Shown in pieces: positions 1 through 10,209 of a DNA stretch of 64,000 nt. The notes below the pieces were generated by a model that was not told where the DNA came from, ran no database searches, and saw only the letters and a program-made list of their open reading frames with translations. The stretch's first letter is position 1. Every line of letters begins with the position of its first letter. Source of the stretch: an uncultured bacterium (lineage in GTDB: Bacteria > Desulfobacterota_D > UBA1144 > Nemesobacterales > UBA2774); the NCBI GenBank assembly GCA_963825135.1, contig CAWGRW010000009.1, positions 1,856,001 through 1,920,000 on the forward strand. Reading direction: 5' to 3'. A program made the translations under genes and the position numbers.

Positions 1-2
1 AG

Positions 3-392
3 AAAAAGAGAGTAGGCAGGGGTACGGGGAGCACTGGAAAGACGAGCGGAAAAGGGCACAAAGGTCAGAAGGCGAGGTCCGGAGGCAAGGTTTCTCCCTG
101 GTTCGAGGGCGGACAAACCCCACTTAAGTCAAGGTCTCCCAAAAGGGGGTTTACAAGCCGGAAAACCCTGAAATTCGACATTATCAACGTGTCTGATCTG
201 AACAGGTTCGGTGCTGGTGATGTCGTTACGCTCGAACAATTTGTGGGCGCCGGTCTGGTTAGGGGTAAAAACCCCGTAAAGGTGCTCGGGAACGGTGATC
301 TGGACAGGGCACTCACTGTAAAAGCGGATGCTTTCAGCAAGAGCGCAGTTTCGAAAATTGAGGAAAAGGGCGGAAAGGCAGATATTATATGA
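3..392 (+). CDS. rplO: 50S ribosomal protein L15 (5' end outside the window)
   Basis: Frame from nt 3 reads KKRVGRGTGSTGKTSGKGHKGQKARSGG...FEGGQTPL...PKRGF...VKVLGNG...FSKSAVSKIE; lies directly upstream of secY. Confidence 0.97.
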   Translation, partial: KKRVGRGTGSTGKTSGKGHKGQKARSGGKVSPWFEGGQTPLKSRSPKRGFTSRKTLKFDIINVSDLNRFGAGDVVTLEQFVGAGLVRGKNPVKVLGNGDLDRALTVKADAFSKSAVSKIEEKGGKADII

Positions 393-1708
393 ATAGAAAT
401 ATAGGCGCTATTCCTAGAATACCTGAGCTCAATAAACGTCTTCTTTTTACCGCTCTTATGCTTGTTGTGTACAGGCTTGGTGTATTCGTGCCGATACCGG
501 GTATTGACCCTGATCAGATACTCAAGCTTTTCGAACAGACTAAAGGAACGATCTTTGACATCTTGAATATGTTTTCAGGCGGAGCGCTCCAGAGGGCTTC
601 CGTATTCGCTCTCGGGGTGATGCCCTATATTACTTCCTCGATTATTATGTCGCTTCTGGTAAAGGCTTTCCCCACGCTGGAAGCCATGCAGAAAGAGGGT
701 GAAGCCGGTAGAAGGAAAATCAATCAGTATTCCCGTTACGGAACTGTCCTCATATGTCTCGTCCAGGGCTTTATGCTTGCGATTACGCTCGAGGGCGGTA
801 TAGGATCGGGCGCGACTGTTGTAAAAGAGGCGGGATGGACGTTTCGAATCATGACCGTGCTCACACTCACGGCCGGTTCACTTTTCGTGATGTGGATTGG
901 AGAGCAGATAACCGAAAGGGGTATAGGTAACGGAATATCCCTCATCATTGCGGCCTCAATCGTAGTCGGTCTCCCCGGAGGTATTTGGAATATAGTAAGA
1001 CTGATCGGCACGGGCGAAATGACGGTATTCGGCGTTGTGCTGATTTTAATCCTGCTTATACTAATAGTGGGCTTTATAGTTTTTGTAGAGAGGTCTTACC
1101 GAAAGATTCCGGTTCAGTACCCGAGAAGGGTCGTGGGAAGGAAGGTGTTTGGCGGACAGTCTTCGCACCTCCCGCTCAAAACGAATACCGCGGGAGTCAT
1201 ACCCCCTATTTTCGCATCCTCGCTCTTGATATTTCCGGCGACCATACTCACGTTTATCAACGTTCCGTTCCTGAGAGACATGTCGGATTTATTATTTCAT
1301 AATGCAGTTGTGTATAATATAATATTCGCTGCATTAATTATATTTTTCGCATATTTTTATACGGCAATCATATACAACCCGGATGATTTGGCTGACAATC
1401 TGAGGAAAAACGGGGGGTTTGTTCCCGGGATCAGACCAGGCAAGAAAACGTCCGAATACATCGACCGCATCCTGGGGAGAATTACTTTTATAGGAGCTGT
1501 TTACGTAGCCTTTATTTGTATTATTCCCTCGTTCCTCCAGAGAGAGCCTTTTAATTTGCCTTTCCGTTTCGGCGGCACGTCTCTCCTGATCGTGGTGGGA
1601 GTGACTCTCGACTTCGTACAGCAGGTCGAGTCTTTCCTTATCACCCACAGTTATGAGGGGTTTGTGAGGAAGAAGGGTATGAAGGGGCCGAGGAGATACA
1701 ACGTTTGA
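389..1708 (+). CDS. secY: Preprotein translocase subunit SecY
   Basis: Multi-TM 439 aa; FALGVMPYITSSII, GIGNGISLII, GVIPPIFASS, PGIRPG and GGTSLLI motifs; spc operon position. Confidence 0.99.
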   Translation: MNRNIGAIPRIPELNKRLLFTALMLVVYRLGVFVPIPGIDPDQILKLFEQTKGTIFDILNMFSGGALQRASVFALGVMPYITSSIIMSLLVKAFPTLEAMQKEGEAGRRKINQYSRYGTVLICLVQGFMLAITLEGGIGSGATVVKEAGWTFRIMTVLTLTAGSLFVMWIGEQITERGIGNGISLIIAASIVVGLPGGIWNIVRLIGTGEMTVFGVVLILILLILIVGFIVFVERSYRKIPVQYPRRVVGRKVFGGQSSHLPLKTNTAGVIPPIFASSLLIFPATILTFINVPFLRDMSDLLFHNAVVYNIIFAALIIFFAYFYTAIIYNPDDLADNLRKNGGFVPGIRPGKKTSEYIDRILGRITFIGAVYVAFICIIPSFLQREPFNLPFRFGGTSLLIVVGVTLDFVQQVESFLITHSYEGFVRKKGMKGPRRYNV

Positions 1709-1723
1709 AGCCGGAGTCATTAA

Positions 1724-2296
1724 ATGCGATTGATTTTATTTGGCCCGCCCGGTGCCGGAAAGGGCACGCAGGCGAAGAAGATAACGGATAAATACATGAC
1801 TGCTCACATCTCGACGGGTGATATGCTGAGGGCCGCCGTGAAAAACGGTACGGAGTTGGGCGCTTTGGCGAAGTCCTACATGGACAAGGGTGAGCTCGTG
1901 CCCGACGGTGTTGTTATAGGCATCATTAAAGACAGAATTGCGGAAAGAGACACACAAAACGGATTCATGCTGGACGGCTTCCCTCGCACCGTTCCGCAGG
2001 CGGAGGCTCTCTCCGAAATGCTGAATTCGGAGGGACAGACCATCGATGCGGTTATATCGATAGAGGTTGTCGATGAGGAAATCGTAAAAAGGATCCTCGA
2101 GCGTCAGAAGATAGAAGGGAGACGGGACGATTCGGAGGAAGTGGTAAGGAATAGACTCAGGGTCTATCGTAACCAGACGGAGCCGCTGAAATCCTATTAC
2201 GCTGAAGAAGGCGTTTTGTTTGAAGTTGACGGGATAGGGTCTGTAGACGATGTGTTTGGGAGGATTGACAGGGTATTAGCGGGCTTGAATGTATGA
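1724..2296 (+). CDS. adk: Adenylate kinase (short-LID type)
   Basis: GPPGAGKGTQA P-loop, ISTGDMLR, LDGFPRT, RxDD; no long LID insert. Confidence 0.98.
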   Translation: MRLILFGPPGAGKGTQAKKITDKYMTAHISTGDMLRAAVKNGTELGALAKSYMDKGELVPDGVVIGIIKDRIAERDTQNGFMLDGFPRTVPQAEALSEMLNSEGQTIDAVISIEVVDEEIVKRILERQKIEGRRDDSEEVVRNRLRVYRNQTEPLKSYYAEEGVLFEVDGIGSVDDVFGRIDRVLAGLNV

Positions 2297-3051
2297 TTTA
2301 TTTAAAAAGCAAAGAAGAGATAGATAAGATGCGGAGCGCCGCACAGGTGGTCGTAGAGGCACTCATTAGGCTTAAAGAGAGCGTCCTTCCCGGAGTTTCC
2401 ACATGGGACCTCGACCGCATGGCGGAGGAGATCGCATTAAAAAACGGAGCGAAGCCCGCATTCAAGGGTTATTCGAATTACCCTGCATCGGTTTGTTTTG
2501 CGGTAAACGACGAAGTGGTGCACGGAATTCCGTCTAAGAAAAAGATACTCAACGAAGGCGACATAGTGGGCCTCGATTTCGGGGTCAGCCTCGAGGGTTA
2601 TTACGGCGATTCCGCGATTACGGTCCCGGTGGGAGAAGTGTCGGCGACGGCGCTGAAGCTCATTAGGGTCACCGAAGAGTCTCTCAAGCGAGGGATTGGC
2701 GAAGCCCGTGCGGGCAACAGGCTTTTCGATATATCGGGGGCGATACAAACTTACGTTGAAGAGGAAGGGTTTTCGATAGTGAGGTCTTTTGTCGGACACG
2801 GGATAGGGAAGAAACTTCATGAGGACCCTCAGGTCCCGAATTTCGTTCCCGAAAACGGGAGTCACGGAAAAGGCGTAAGGTTAAAGCCCGGCATGGTGAT
2901 CGCTATCGAACCTATGGTAAATATAGGGAGACCCGACGTGAAGATACTGAGCGACGGTTGGACCGCGGTGACTGTTGACGGCACTTTGTCGGCGCATTTC
3001 GAGCATACCGTAGCGGTTACGGACGAAGGGCCGGTTGTACTGACACAATAA
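2293..3051 (+). CDS. map: Methionine aminopeptidase type I
   Basis: VNDEVVHGIP, YYGDSA, GHGIG..LHEDP, AIEPMV and SAHFEHT motifs. Confidence 0.98.
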   Translation: MIYLKSKEEIDKMRSAAQVVVEALIRLKESVLPGVSTWDLDRMAEEIALKNGAKPAFKGYSNYPASVCFAVNDEVVHGIPSKKKILNEGDIVGLDFGVSLEGYYGDSAITVPVGEVSATALKLIRVTEESLKRGIGEARAGNRLFDISGAIQTYVEEEGFSIVRSFVGHGIGKKLHEDPQVPNFVPENGSHGKGVRLKPGMVIAIEPMVNIGRPDVKILSDGWTAVTVDGTLSAHFEHTVAVTDEGPVVLTQ

Positions 3052-3060
3052 AAAAAATAT

Positions 3061-3282
3061 ATGGTAAAAGAAGAAAGAATAGAGTTTGAGGGTACTGTGA
3101 TTGAGGCGTTGCCTAATGCAATGTTCAGAGTGGAGATAGAAGGCGGGCATGAGGTGCTCGCATATGTTTCCGGAAAAATGAGGACTCGGTTTATCCGTAT
3201 TCTCACGGGGGATAAGGTAAAGCTTGAGCTTTCGCCTTATGATCTTACGAAGGGAAGAATAACGTACAGGCTAAAAAAATGA
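3061..3282 (+). CDS. infA: Translation initiation factor IF-1
   Basis: [15 protein letters not shown]...[29 protein letters not shown]. Confidence 0.99.
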   Translation: MVKEERIEFEGTVIEALPNAMFRVEIEGGHEVLAYVSGKMRTRFIRILTGDKVKLELSPYDLTKGRITYRLKK

Positions 3283-3301
3283 TTCTAGCGGGGTGACTGT
3301 T

Positions 3302-3415
3302 GTGAAGGTCAGAGCGTCTGTTAAAAAGATATGCGAGAAGTGCAGAATTATTAAGAGAAAGGGCGTAGTAAGAATAATATGCTCGAATAAGAGACATAAA
3401 CAAAAGCAAGGGTAG
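3302..3415 (+). CDS. rpmJ: 50S ribosomal protein L36 (below the ORF-track size cutoff)
   Basis: GTG at 3302; translated by hand as [37 protein letters not shown]; zinc-ribbon (C+) form. Confidence 0.98.
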   Translation: MKVRASVKKICEKCRIIKRKGVVRIICSNKRHKQKQG

Positions 3416-3427
3416 GAGGGAAGCAGC

Positions 3428-3808
3428 ATGCCCAGGATCGCAGGTGTCGATATACCGCTTAACAAAAGGATCGAAGTAGGCCTGACCTATATTTACGGCA
3501 TTGGAAGGGTTATATCAAGGGAAATACTCAAAGAAGCCCGCGTGGATGTTAACACTCAGGCGAAAGACCTCACGGACCATGAGGTGGCTGCTATCAGGGA
3601 GTTGATCGAGAGCAAATATACGGTCGAAGGCGATCTCAGGAAGGAAGTCCAGTCCAATATCAAAAGGCTGATTGAAATAGGCTGTTACAGGGGAGTAAGG
3701 CACAGACTGGGGCTCCCGGTGCGGGGCCAGAAGACGAAATCGAACGCGCGTACGAGGAAAGGACCCCGCGGGACCGCGATTGCCAAGAAGAAAAAAACGA
3801 CTAAATAA
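3428..3808 (+). CDS. rpsM: 30S ribosomal protein S13
   Basis: [46 protein letters not shown]. Confidence 0.99.
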   Translation: MPRIAGVDIPLNKRIEVGLTYIYGIGRVISREILKEARVDVNTQAKDLTDHEVAAIRELIESKYTVEGDLRKEVQSNIKRLIEIGCYRGVRHRLGLPVRGQKTKSNARTRKGPRGTAIAKKKKTTK

Positions 3809-3827
3809 TATTATCCGGAGATAATGG

Positions 3828-4214
3828 ATGGCGATTAAAAAGGGCGGAAAAAAGAAGGCCAGGAAATTCGTAGAACAGGGAATAGTGAATATCCAGGCTA
3901 CGTTCAACAATACGATCATTACCATCAGCGACAACAGCGGAAACGTTATTGCCTGGTCGAGCGGCGGTATGAAGGGGTTCAAGGGTACTCGTAAAGGCAC
4001 GCCTTTCGCGGCCCAGATCGCGGCTGAGGACGCGGCGAAGAAAGCTGCGACTGCGGGCATGAAAAGCGTCTCCGTATATGTCAAAGGGCCGGGTCCCGGC
4101 AGAGAGCCCGCCATCAGGTCTCTTCAAGCTTCGGGCCTCAAAATAACATTTATCAGGGACGTGACTCCTATACCGCACAACGGCTGCAGGCCGCCCGGCA
4201 GGAGAAGAGTTTAG
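3828..4214 (+). CDS. rpsK: 30S ribosomal protein S11
   Basis: [45 protein letters not shown]. Confidence 0.99.
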   Translation: MAIKKGGKKKARKFVEQGIVNIQATFNNTIITISDNSGNVIAWSSGGMKGFKGTRKGTPFAAQIAAEDAAKKAATAGMKSVSVYVKGPGPGREPAIRSLQASGLKITFIRDVTPIPHNGCRPPGRRRV

Positions 4215-4272
4215 TTTGGCGGATTATTTATACAAAACCACGGTTAAGTATTTCAAGGAGGTTAAGCAGTAA

Positions 4273-4905
4273 ATGGGAAGATATACCGGGCCTACTGACA
4301 GACTCTCGAGAAGAGAAGGCGTGAACCTTTTCCTGAAAGGCGAGCGGAGTTATAACGGTAAAACTGCCGTGGAAAAAAGACCGGACCAGGTTCCGGGCGA
4401 ACACGGCAAATTTCACAGTAAATTCTCCGAATTCGGTCTAAGGTTAAGAGAAAAGCAGAAAGTAAAGAGGATGTACGGGATCAGGGAGAAGCAGTTCAGG
4501 GGATATTTCGAAAAGGCTTCACGGGTAAAGGGCGTTACAGGCACCATTCTTATCTCGATGCTTGAAAGAAGGCTTGATAATGTGGTCTATAGGCTCTGTT
4601 TCGGCAGCTCCCGGAATGACGCCAGACAGCTCGTAAGTCATGCGCACGTAATGGTAAACGGCGGTGTTGTAAACATACCTTCGTATCAGGTGAAGGAAGG
4701 CGATAAGATAGAAATCAGGGAAAAAAGCAAGAAACTTCAAAGAATTAATCAGGCCCTCGAATTCAATTCGAGAAGAGGGGTCCCTGAATGGCTTGAACTG
4801 GACGATGAAAACTACAAAGGATCCGTGCTCAGAGTGCCCATGAGGGACGATGTGACGTTTCCGATTGAGGAACAGCTAATTGTCGAATTTTATTCACGGG
4901 TATAG
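4273..4905 (+). CDS. rpsD: 30S ribosomal protein S4
   Basis: MGRYTGP..RLSRREG, LREKQKV, LERRLDNVVYR, ARQLVSH, IVEFYSR. Confidence 0.99.
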   Translation: MGRYTGPTDRLSRREGVNLFLKGERSYNGKTAVEKRPDQVPGEHGKFHSKFSEFGLRLREKQKVKRMYGIREKQFRGYFEKASRVKGVTGTILISMLERRLDNVVYRLCFGSSRNDARQLVSHAHVMVNGGVVNIPSYQVKEGDKIEIREKSKKLQRINQALEFNSRRGVPEWLELDDENYKGSVLRVPMRDDVTFPIEEQLIVEFYSRV

Positions 4906-4953
4906 CGTTTCAGCTGTAAAATTGTGTTCAGTTCCGAAAACGGAGGGAACAAG

Positions 4954-5985
4954 GTGAAGGATTTTCAAAAAAACTGGCAGGACCTAATTAAACCTAAAAG
5001 GATAGAGAAGGAAGAAAAAAGCGCCACTCCCTTTTACACGAAATTCGTGTGTGAGCCGTTGGAACGCGGATACGGAGTTACGCTCGGAAATGCATTAAGA
5101 AGGGTGCTGTTGTCCTCAATTCAGGGGCCGGCGGTTACGTCTATAAAGATCGACGGTGTTTTACATGAGTTTTCATCCATCCCCGGGGTTAAAGAGGACG
5201 TGACGGAGATTATTCTTAACCTGAAGGGCCTTGAGCTCAAGATGCACACGTACGAGCCCCAAACTATTCGCGTCAGCGGGCAGGGCGAGTGTGATATCAA
5301 GGCGGGGGACATTACCACCGGTCATAATGTAGAGATACTCAACCCTAATCACCACATAGCTACCCTTGCCGAGGGAGCGAAGCTCGAGATGGAAATGAGA
5401 GTCGAGATTGGAAGGGGATACGAGCCTGTCGAGAGACGCGGAGAGCTGCAGAGCAGCATAGGGGTTATTCCCATAGACGCCCTGTTCTCACCGCTAAGAA
5501 AGGTCAATTACGCGGTTACTAACTCCAGGGTAGGCAGGCGGACTGACTACCAGAGGCTCACGCTGGAGATATGGACGAACGGCACGATTTTGCCGGAAGA
5601 CGCCCTGGCCTACGCGTCTAAAATAATAAAGCATCAGCTTTCCGTGTTCATTAATTTTGACGAAGCGGAAGTAGACGAAGTACCGGAAAGCGAAGACAAG
5701 CAGGAGATAAAGGGAACAGAGGAAATTCTGTTCAATACGATAGAAGAAATGGACCTGTCTGCGAGGTCGCTCAATTGTTTGAGGAAAGCGGGTGTCGAAT
5801 ATACCGGAGATTTGATTCAGAAGACCGAGGAAGACCTCCTCAATCTGGAAAATTTCGGCAAGCGTTCTTTATACGAAATAAAGGAGAGGCTCGTCGAAAT
5901 GGGCCTGGGCCTGGGGCTCAAGATCGATCAGGAAGTATTTAACAACGAGAAGGTAAAGCGCAGCGAGAAGATAGTTTCTCAGTAA
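4954..5985 (+). CDS. rpoA: RNA polymerase subunit alpha
   Basis: EPLERGYGVTLGNALRRVLLSS, LHEFSSIPGVKEDV, alpha-CTD LSARSLNCL...NFGKRSL; GTG at 4954 follows GGAGGG, so preferred over the 4924 start. Confidence 0.99.
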   Translation: MKDFQKNWQDLIKPKRIEKEEKSATPFYTKFVCEPLERGYGVTLGNALRRVLLSSIQGPAVTSIKIDGVLHEFSSIPGVKEDVTEIILNLKGLELKMHTYEPQTIRVSGQGECDIKAGDITTGHNVEILNPNHHIATLAEGAKLEMEMRVEIGRGYEPVERRGELQSSIGVIPIDALFSPLRKVNYAVTNSRVGRRTDYQRLTLEIWTNGTILPEDALAYASKIIKHQLSVFINFDEAEVDEVPESEDKQEIKGTEEILFNTIEEMDLSARSLNCLRKAGVEYTGDLIQKTEEDLLNLENFGKRSLYEIKERLVEMGLGLGLKIDQEVFNNEKVKRSEKIVSQ

Positions 5986-6015
5986 AGTTTTGCACGGAGA
6001 ATCGGAGACCGCGTT

Positions 6016-6699
6016 ATGAGACATAAAAGGGTTGGACGTAAGCTCGGAGTTACCACGAAGCATAGGAAAGCCATGTTCCGCAATATGGTTACGGATTTAT
6101 TCCGTTTCGACAGGATAAAAACGACCGATATGAAGGCTAAGGAGCTGAGAAGAATTGCGGAAAAATTAATAACCCTCGCGAAAGAAGGGTCGCTTCACAA
6201 AAGGAGGCAGGCCGCAGCTTACATCCGCGATAACGATGTTTTGAAAAAGCTCTTCGATGTGATAGCCGCCAAATTTAAAGAGCGTCCGGGCGGTTATACA
6301 AGGATTATCAAGCTCGGTTTCAGAAAAGGCGACAACACGCCGGTATCGATAATCGAGCTGGTTGAAGAGGATTATAAGCCGGCCAAGAAAAAGAAGACCA
6401 AGAGCGCGCCCAAAAAGCAGCCGAAGGCTTCGGATACCGCCGCTCAGGAGAAGCCAAAGGCCAGGAGTTCGAAAAAGGAATCGGCTGAGGAGCTGGGACT
6501 TATCGAAGAAGGAAAGACGCCTGCGGACAAGACATCCGCGGAGCCTGGGGCGAAGCAGGAAGAAATCGCTGAGGAGCTCAAGGCATCAGAGGCTCCTGAA
6601 GCCGAACAGGAGATAAAATCTGCGGGATCCGAAGAGGGAGGGGAGAGCAGCACCGAACCCGTCCAGGAACCGGCCGGCGCTGAGAAAAAGGATGAGTAG
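6016..6699 (+). CDS. rplQ: 50S ribosomal protein L17 with a long charged C-terminal extension
   Basis: [11 protein letters not shown]...KTT..KAKELR...[17 protein letters not shown]; about 105 extra low-complexity K/E/A/S residues. Confidence 0.98.
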   Translation: MRHKRVGRKLGVTTKHRKAMFRNMVTDLFRFDRIKTTDMKAKELRRIAEKLITLAKEGSLHKRRQAAAYIRDNDVLKKLFDVIAAKFKERPGGYTRIIKLGFRKGDNTPVSIIELVEEDYKPAKKKKTKSAPKKQPKASDTAAQEKPKARSSKKESAEELGLIEEGKTPADKTSAEPGAKQEEIAEELKASEAPEAEQEIKSAGSEEGGESSTEPVQEPAGAEKKDE

Positions 6700-6782
6700 G
6701 GTAATCTCCTGAGCATCACGCTATCACGCTCGAACACCGGAATTGATGAATAGAAAAATCACAGAAAGAGTAAAACTAATGA

Positions 6783-6812
6783 GGGGCGGCCTTGGGGCCG
6801 CCTTTCTATTTT
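6783..6812 (+). terminator. Probable intrinsic terminator of the ribosomal operon
   Basis: Stem GGCGGCC-TTGG-GGCCGCC (6785-6802) followed by TTTCTATTTT. Confidence 0.7.
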
Positions 6813-6829
6813 AAGGCGGTTTCTCTCTC

Positions 6830-7843
6830 ATGAAGCCCGTCGGAATAATTCTGGACGCCGAGAGAATATCCGATATCGCCCCACTCGCGAAAAGGGCCGA
6901 AGAGGCCGGGTTCGATTCCGTATGGGCGACGGAGCTCTACCGGACTTCCTTCCAGCAGCTCGCGGCGGCAGCCCTGAGCACCTCCCGCATTAAGCTCGGA
7001 ACGGCGGTCGCCCTCGCGTTCGTGAGGAGCCCGCTCGTCACTTCGCTTACAGCTCTCGATCTCGACGAAATCTCGAACGGGAGACTGATACTGGGCCTCG
7101 GCACCGGCGCATTGCGGACAAACGAAATGTGGCACGGCATCGCCCACGGTAAACCCGTTACGCGGATCAGGGAATGCATAGAGACCATCAGGCTTCTCGT
7201 CGGGAAGGTACATTCCGGGGCACCGGTCGAATTTCATGGCGAATATTACACAATAGACACAAGAGGTTACAAGAGGCCGTTCAAGCCTGTCAGGGAGGAG
7301 ATACCGATCTACCTCGCCGGGGTGGGGAGCCGGATGTGCCGGACGGCCGGCGAGATAGCGGACGGCTACCTTGGCCACGTCGTATGCTCGCCCAGGTACC
7401 TGAGGGAAGTAGTTGTCAGGAACCTGAAAATAGGTTTGGAAAAGTCCCTGAGAAACCCTGATGTATTCAGGACTGCCTCCATCATTACGTGCGCGATATC
7501 AGACGACAGGAAGCGGGCGATGCACGCGGCAAGAGCCACGATTGCGTTCTACGCCACTGTGCGCACATACGAGCCCCCGTTCAAACTTCACGGTTTCGAG
7601 AATGAGACTAAACGGATAAGGGGTGCGTTTTTCAAAGGAGACGTGAAGTCGATGATAGAATATGTGACGGACGACATGGTCAGCACTTTCGCGGTCGTGG
7701 GGAGCGCGGAGGAGTGCAGGAAGAAGGTAAACGAATACAGGGAATCGGTCGATCTGCCGGTGTTGAGCGCGCCCCATTACTATCTCGACTTCGAAGAAGT
7801 AGGGGAGTACCAGAGCGCCATACTCGATGTTTTCGGGAGCTAG
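6830..7843 (+). CDS. LLM-class (luciferase-like) flavin-dependent oxidoreductase
   Basis: AEEAGFDSVW.TE, TSRIKLGTAV, SNGRLILGLG.G, IPIYLAG.G, AGEIADG. Confidence 0.9.
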   Translation: MKPVGIILDAERISDIAPLAKRAEEAGFDSVWATELYRTSFQQLAAAALSTSRIKLGTAVALAFVRSPLVTSLTALDLDEISNGRLILGLGTGALRTNEMWHGIAHGKPVTRIRECIETIRLLVGKVHSGAPVEFHGEYYTIDTRGYKRPFKPVREEIPIYLAGVGSRMCRTAGEIADGYLGHVVCSPRYLREVVVRNLKIGLEKSLRNPDVFRTASIITCAISDDRKRAMHAARATIAFYATVRTYEPPFKLHGFENETKRIRGAFFKGDVKSMIEYVTDDMVSTFAVVGSAEECRKKVNEYRESVDLPVLSAPHYYLDFEEVGEYQSAILDVFGS

Positions 7844-7896
7844 AGTTTCCTGAAAACCGTGCGGGCATATGCTAACCTAAGGACTACAAACAAGCT

Positions 7897-8784
7897 ATGA
7901 AAATATTGGTCACAGGACCTTCCGGCCTTATAGGCTCCGGGCTAATCCCATTTCTCTCAGGCCGGGGTCATACCATCACCCCGCTTTCGAGGTCCCGGTT
8001 CTCTGCGGATTCCGCGTACTGGAATCCCGAGGGGGGAGAAATAGAATCGGAAAAGCTCGAGGGACACGACGCCGTTGTTCATCTCGCGGGCGAAAGCATT
8101 GCCGGCAGGTGGACCCGGAAAAAAAAGGCCGGGATAGAAGAGAGCCGGGTTAGAGGCACGGGTCTTCTCTCCAGGACACTCGCGGGTCTCGATTCAAAGC
8201 CCGCCGTTATCGCATCGGCCTCGGGTATAGGGTTTTACGGGGACAGAGGAGACGAGATCTTAACGGAGGAGAGCGGGCCCGGAAAGGGTTTCCTGGCCGA
8301 GCTCAGTATTAAATGGGAAAATGCGTTAATACCGGCAAAAGAGGCCGGAATCAGGGTCGTTAATATGCGCCTGGGTATGGTGCTGTCGCCCCGGGGCGGG
8401 GCGCTCGAGAAGATGCTCCCGCCTTTTAGACTAGGGCTTGGGGGCAGGATGGGGAGCGGTGAGCAGTACTGGAGCTGGATCACGATTGACGACGTATTAT
8501 CTGCGATTTATCATTCACTGGTATCGGACTCTCTCCGGGGTCCGGTGAATTTGACGGCGCCCGGACCGGTTACAAACAGGGAGTTTGCAAAGACGCTCGG
8601 GGACGCCTTGGGACGTCCGGCATTTTTTCCCGTGCCTGCGTTCGCTCTTCGTGCCTTGTTCGGGGAAATGGCGGATGAAACGCTGTTATCCGGGGCAAGG
8701 GCCGTGCCCGCCAGGCTCCTCGAAACGGGCTTTAATTTTAGATATCCGGACCTGAAAAGCGCGCTCGATAATTTATTATCTTGA
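7897..8784 (+). CDS. TIGR01777-family NAD-dependent epimerase/oxidoreductase (YfcH-like)
   Basis: ILVTGPSGLIG, VVHLAGESI..RW, SASGIGFYG, GLGGRMGSGEQYWSWITIDD, P.RLLETGFNF.YP. Confidence 0.92.
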   Translation: MKILVTGPSGLIGSGLIPFLSGRGHTITPLSRSRFSADSAYWNPEGGEIESEKLEGHDAVVHLAGESIAGRWTRKKKAGIEESRVRGTGLLSRTLAGLDSKPAVIASASGIGFYGDRGDEILTEESGPGKGFLAELSIKWENALIPAKEAGIRVVNMRLGMVLSPRGGALEKMLPPFRLGLGGRMGSGEQYWSWITIDDVLSAIYHSLVSDSLRGPVNLTAPGPVTNREFAKTLGDALGRPAFFPVPAFALRALFGEMADETLLSGARAVPARLLETGFNFRYPDLKSALDNLLS

Positions 8785-8803
8785 ATAGTCTTCCGCGACA
8801 GGG

Positions 8804-9445
8804 GTGAAATTGGAAAAATCCGAGCCAAAACAATACGGTGCGTTCATGCTTCTTGAGGGAGACCTCGACGCCGACCCTTTCAAGCAATTCGGGTACTGGT
8901 ATGACACCGCAACAGGCGCGGGGTTCGTGCACCCCGAGGCTTTTACGCTTGCGACCGTTTCCCCGGACGGAAGACCGTCTGCGAGGATGCTCCTGCTTAA
9001 GGGCTTCGATGAGAACGGGTTTGTTTTCTTTACGAACACCCGGAGCAGGAAAGGGGAGGAGCTCCGCGGAAACCCCCATTGCGCGATCTGTTTCTGGTGG
9101 GACAAGCTCGAACGCCAGGTGCGTATCGAGGGGCAGGTATATACGGTGTCCGCGGAGGAGGCGGATTTATACTACGCTACGAGGCCGAGGGGAAGCCGGC
9201 TGGGCGCCTGGGCGTCTCAGCAGAGCAGGGTGATTGAGAACAGGGAATACCTCGACAGGCTTTATCATGCGCTCGAGCTCGAATATGCCGACGAGGACAT
9301 ACCCCGCCCGCCTTACTGGAACGGATACAGACTCGTCCCTTCGTCTATTGAATTCTGGCAAGGGAGGCCGAACAGGCTTCACGACCGTCTCCGTTACAGG
9401 AAGCTCGGTAACGGCGGCTGGCTCATTGAGCGGCTCGCCCCCTGA
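8804..9445 (+). CDS. pdxH: Pyridoxamine 5'-phosphate oxidase
   Basis: LATV..DGRPSARMLLLKG, ERQVRIEG, SRLGAWASQQS, EFWQGRPNRLHDR, WLIERLAP; exact start uncertain. Confidence 0.96.
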   Translation: MKLEKSEPKQYGAFMLLEGDLDADPFKQFGYWYDTATGAGFVHPEAFTLATVSPDGRPSARMLLLKGFDENGFVFFTNTRSRKGEELRGNPHCAICFWWDKLERQVRIEGQVYTVSAEEADLYYATRPRGSRLGAWASQQSRVIENREYLDRLYHALELEYADEDIPRPPYWNGYRLVPSSIEFWQGRPNRLHDRLRYRKLGNGGWLIERLAP

Positions 9446-9489
9446 ATATGAAGCTCACGTGATATCTTTCTCCTATCCGGGGAACCACG

Positions 9490-10209
9490 CTATTTGACCC
9501 CGGTATATACGATAGCGATTCCCATCATAAGCTCCATGGATTTCCCGTCCTTGAATCCGGCGTCCTCCATCAGCCTGAGAAAATTTTCACGCTGCGGGAA
9601 CGCTGAAGTGGACTCGGAAAGGTACTTATATTCGCCCCCCGTCCCGAACAGGGATCCGACAAAGGGAAGAAAGTGCCTGAAATAGAAAAGATAAAGCGGC
9701 GAGAAAACCTTATTCCGCGGGATCGCGAACTCGAGGACGCCTGCTTTCCCGCCCGGCTTTAATACCCTCCTCATCTCGGACAGTGACTTGAGAGGGTCTT
9801 CAGTGTTACGTATGCCGAATGCTATGGTCACGGCATCGAACGAGTCGCTTCTGAATGGGAGGTGTTCCGCATCACACCTGGCTAGCCTGATCCTGGCATT
9901 ATTTCCGGTCGATTCGATCTTGCCCCTGGCCACCTTCAGCATCTGGGCGCTCGGGTCGGCGGCTATCACTCTGCACCCTCTCAGGTTCCTGACGGTCTCT
10001 ATGGCCACCTCTCCCGTCCCGGTCGCTACATCGAGTATCGATACAGCGCCGCCTATCTCGTCCGAAAGACGCTTCCTCCACAGGCTGTCCATGCCCAGGC
10101 TGAAAAACGTGTTTAACGAGTCGTAGTGCTTTGCGACTTTATTGAAAAGTTTGACCGTGTCCGGCATTTGTTTATCGGGGTTCCGCCGTTTACCGGTTAT
10201 GTCCGGCAA
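9490..10209 (-). CDS. ubiE: Ubiquinone/menaquinone biosynthesis C-methyltransferase (UbiE/MenG)
   Basis: F..VA..YD.LN..FSLG.D.LWR, LDVATGTG, FDAVTIAFGIRN, EMRRVLKPGG, YKYLSES; start could be a downstream Met. Confidence 0.9.
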   Translation of the reverse strand: MPDITGKRRNPDKQMPDTVKLFNKVAKHYDSLNTFFSLGMDSLWRKRLSDEIGGAVSILDVATGTGEVAIETVRNLRGCRVIAADPSAQMLKVARGKIESTGNNARIRLARCDAEHLPFRSDSFDAVTIAFGIRNTEDPLKSLSEMRRVLKPGGKAGVLEFAIPRNKVFSPLYLFYFRHFLPFVGSLFGTGGEYKYLSESTSAFPQRENFLRLMEDAGFKDGKSMELMMGIAIVYTGVK

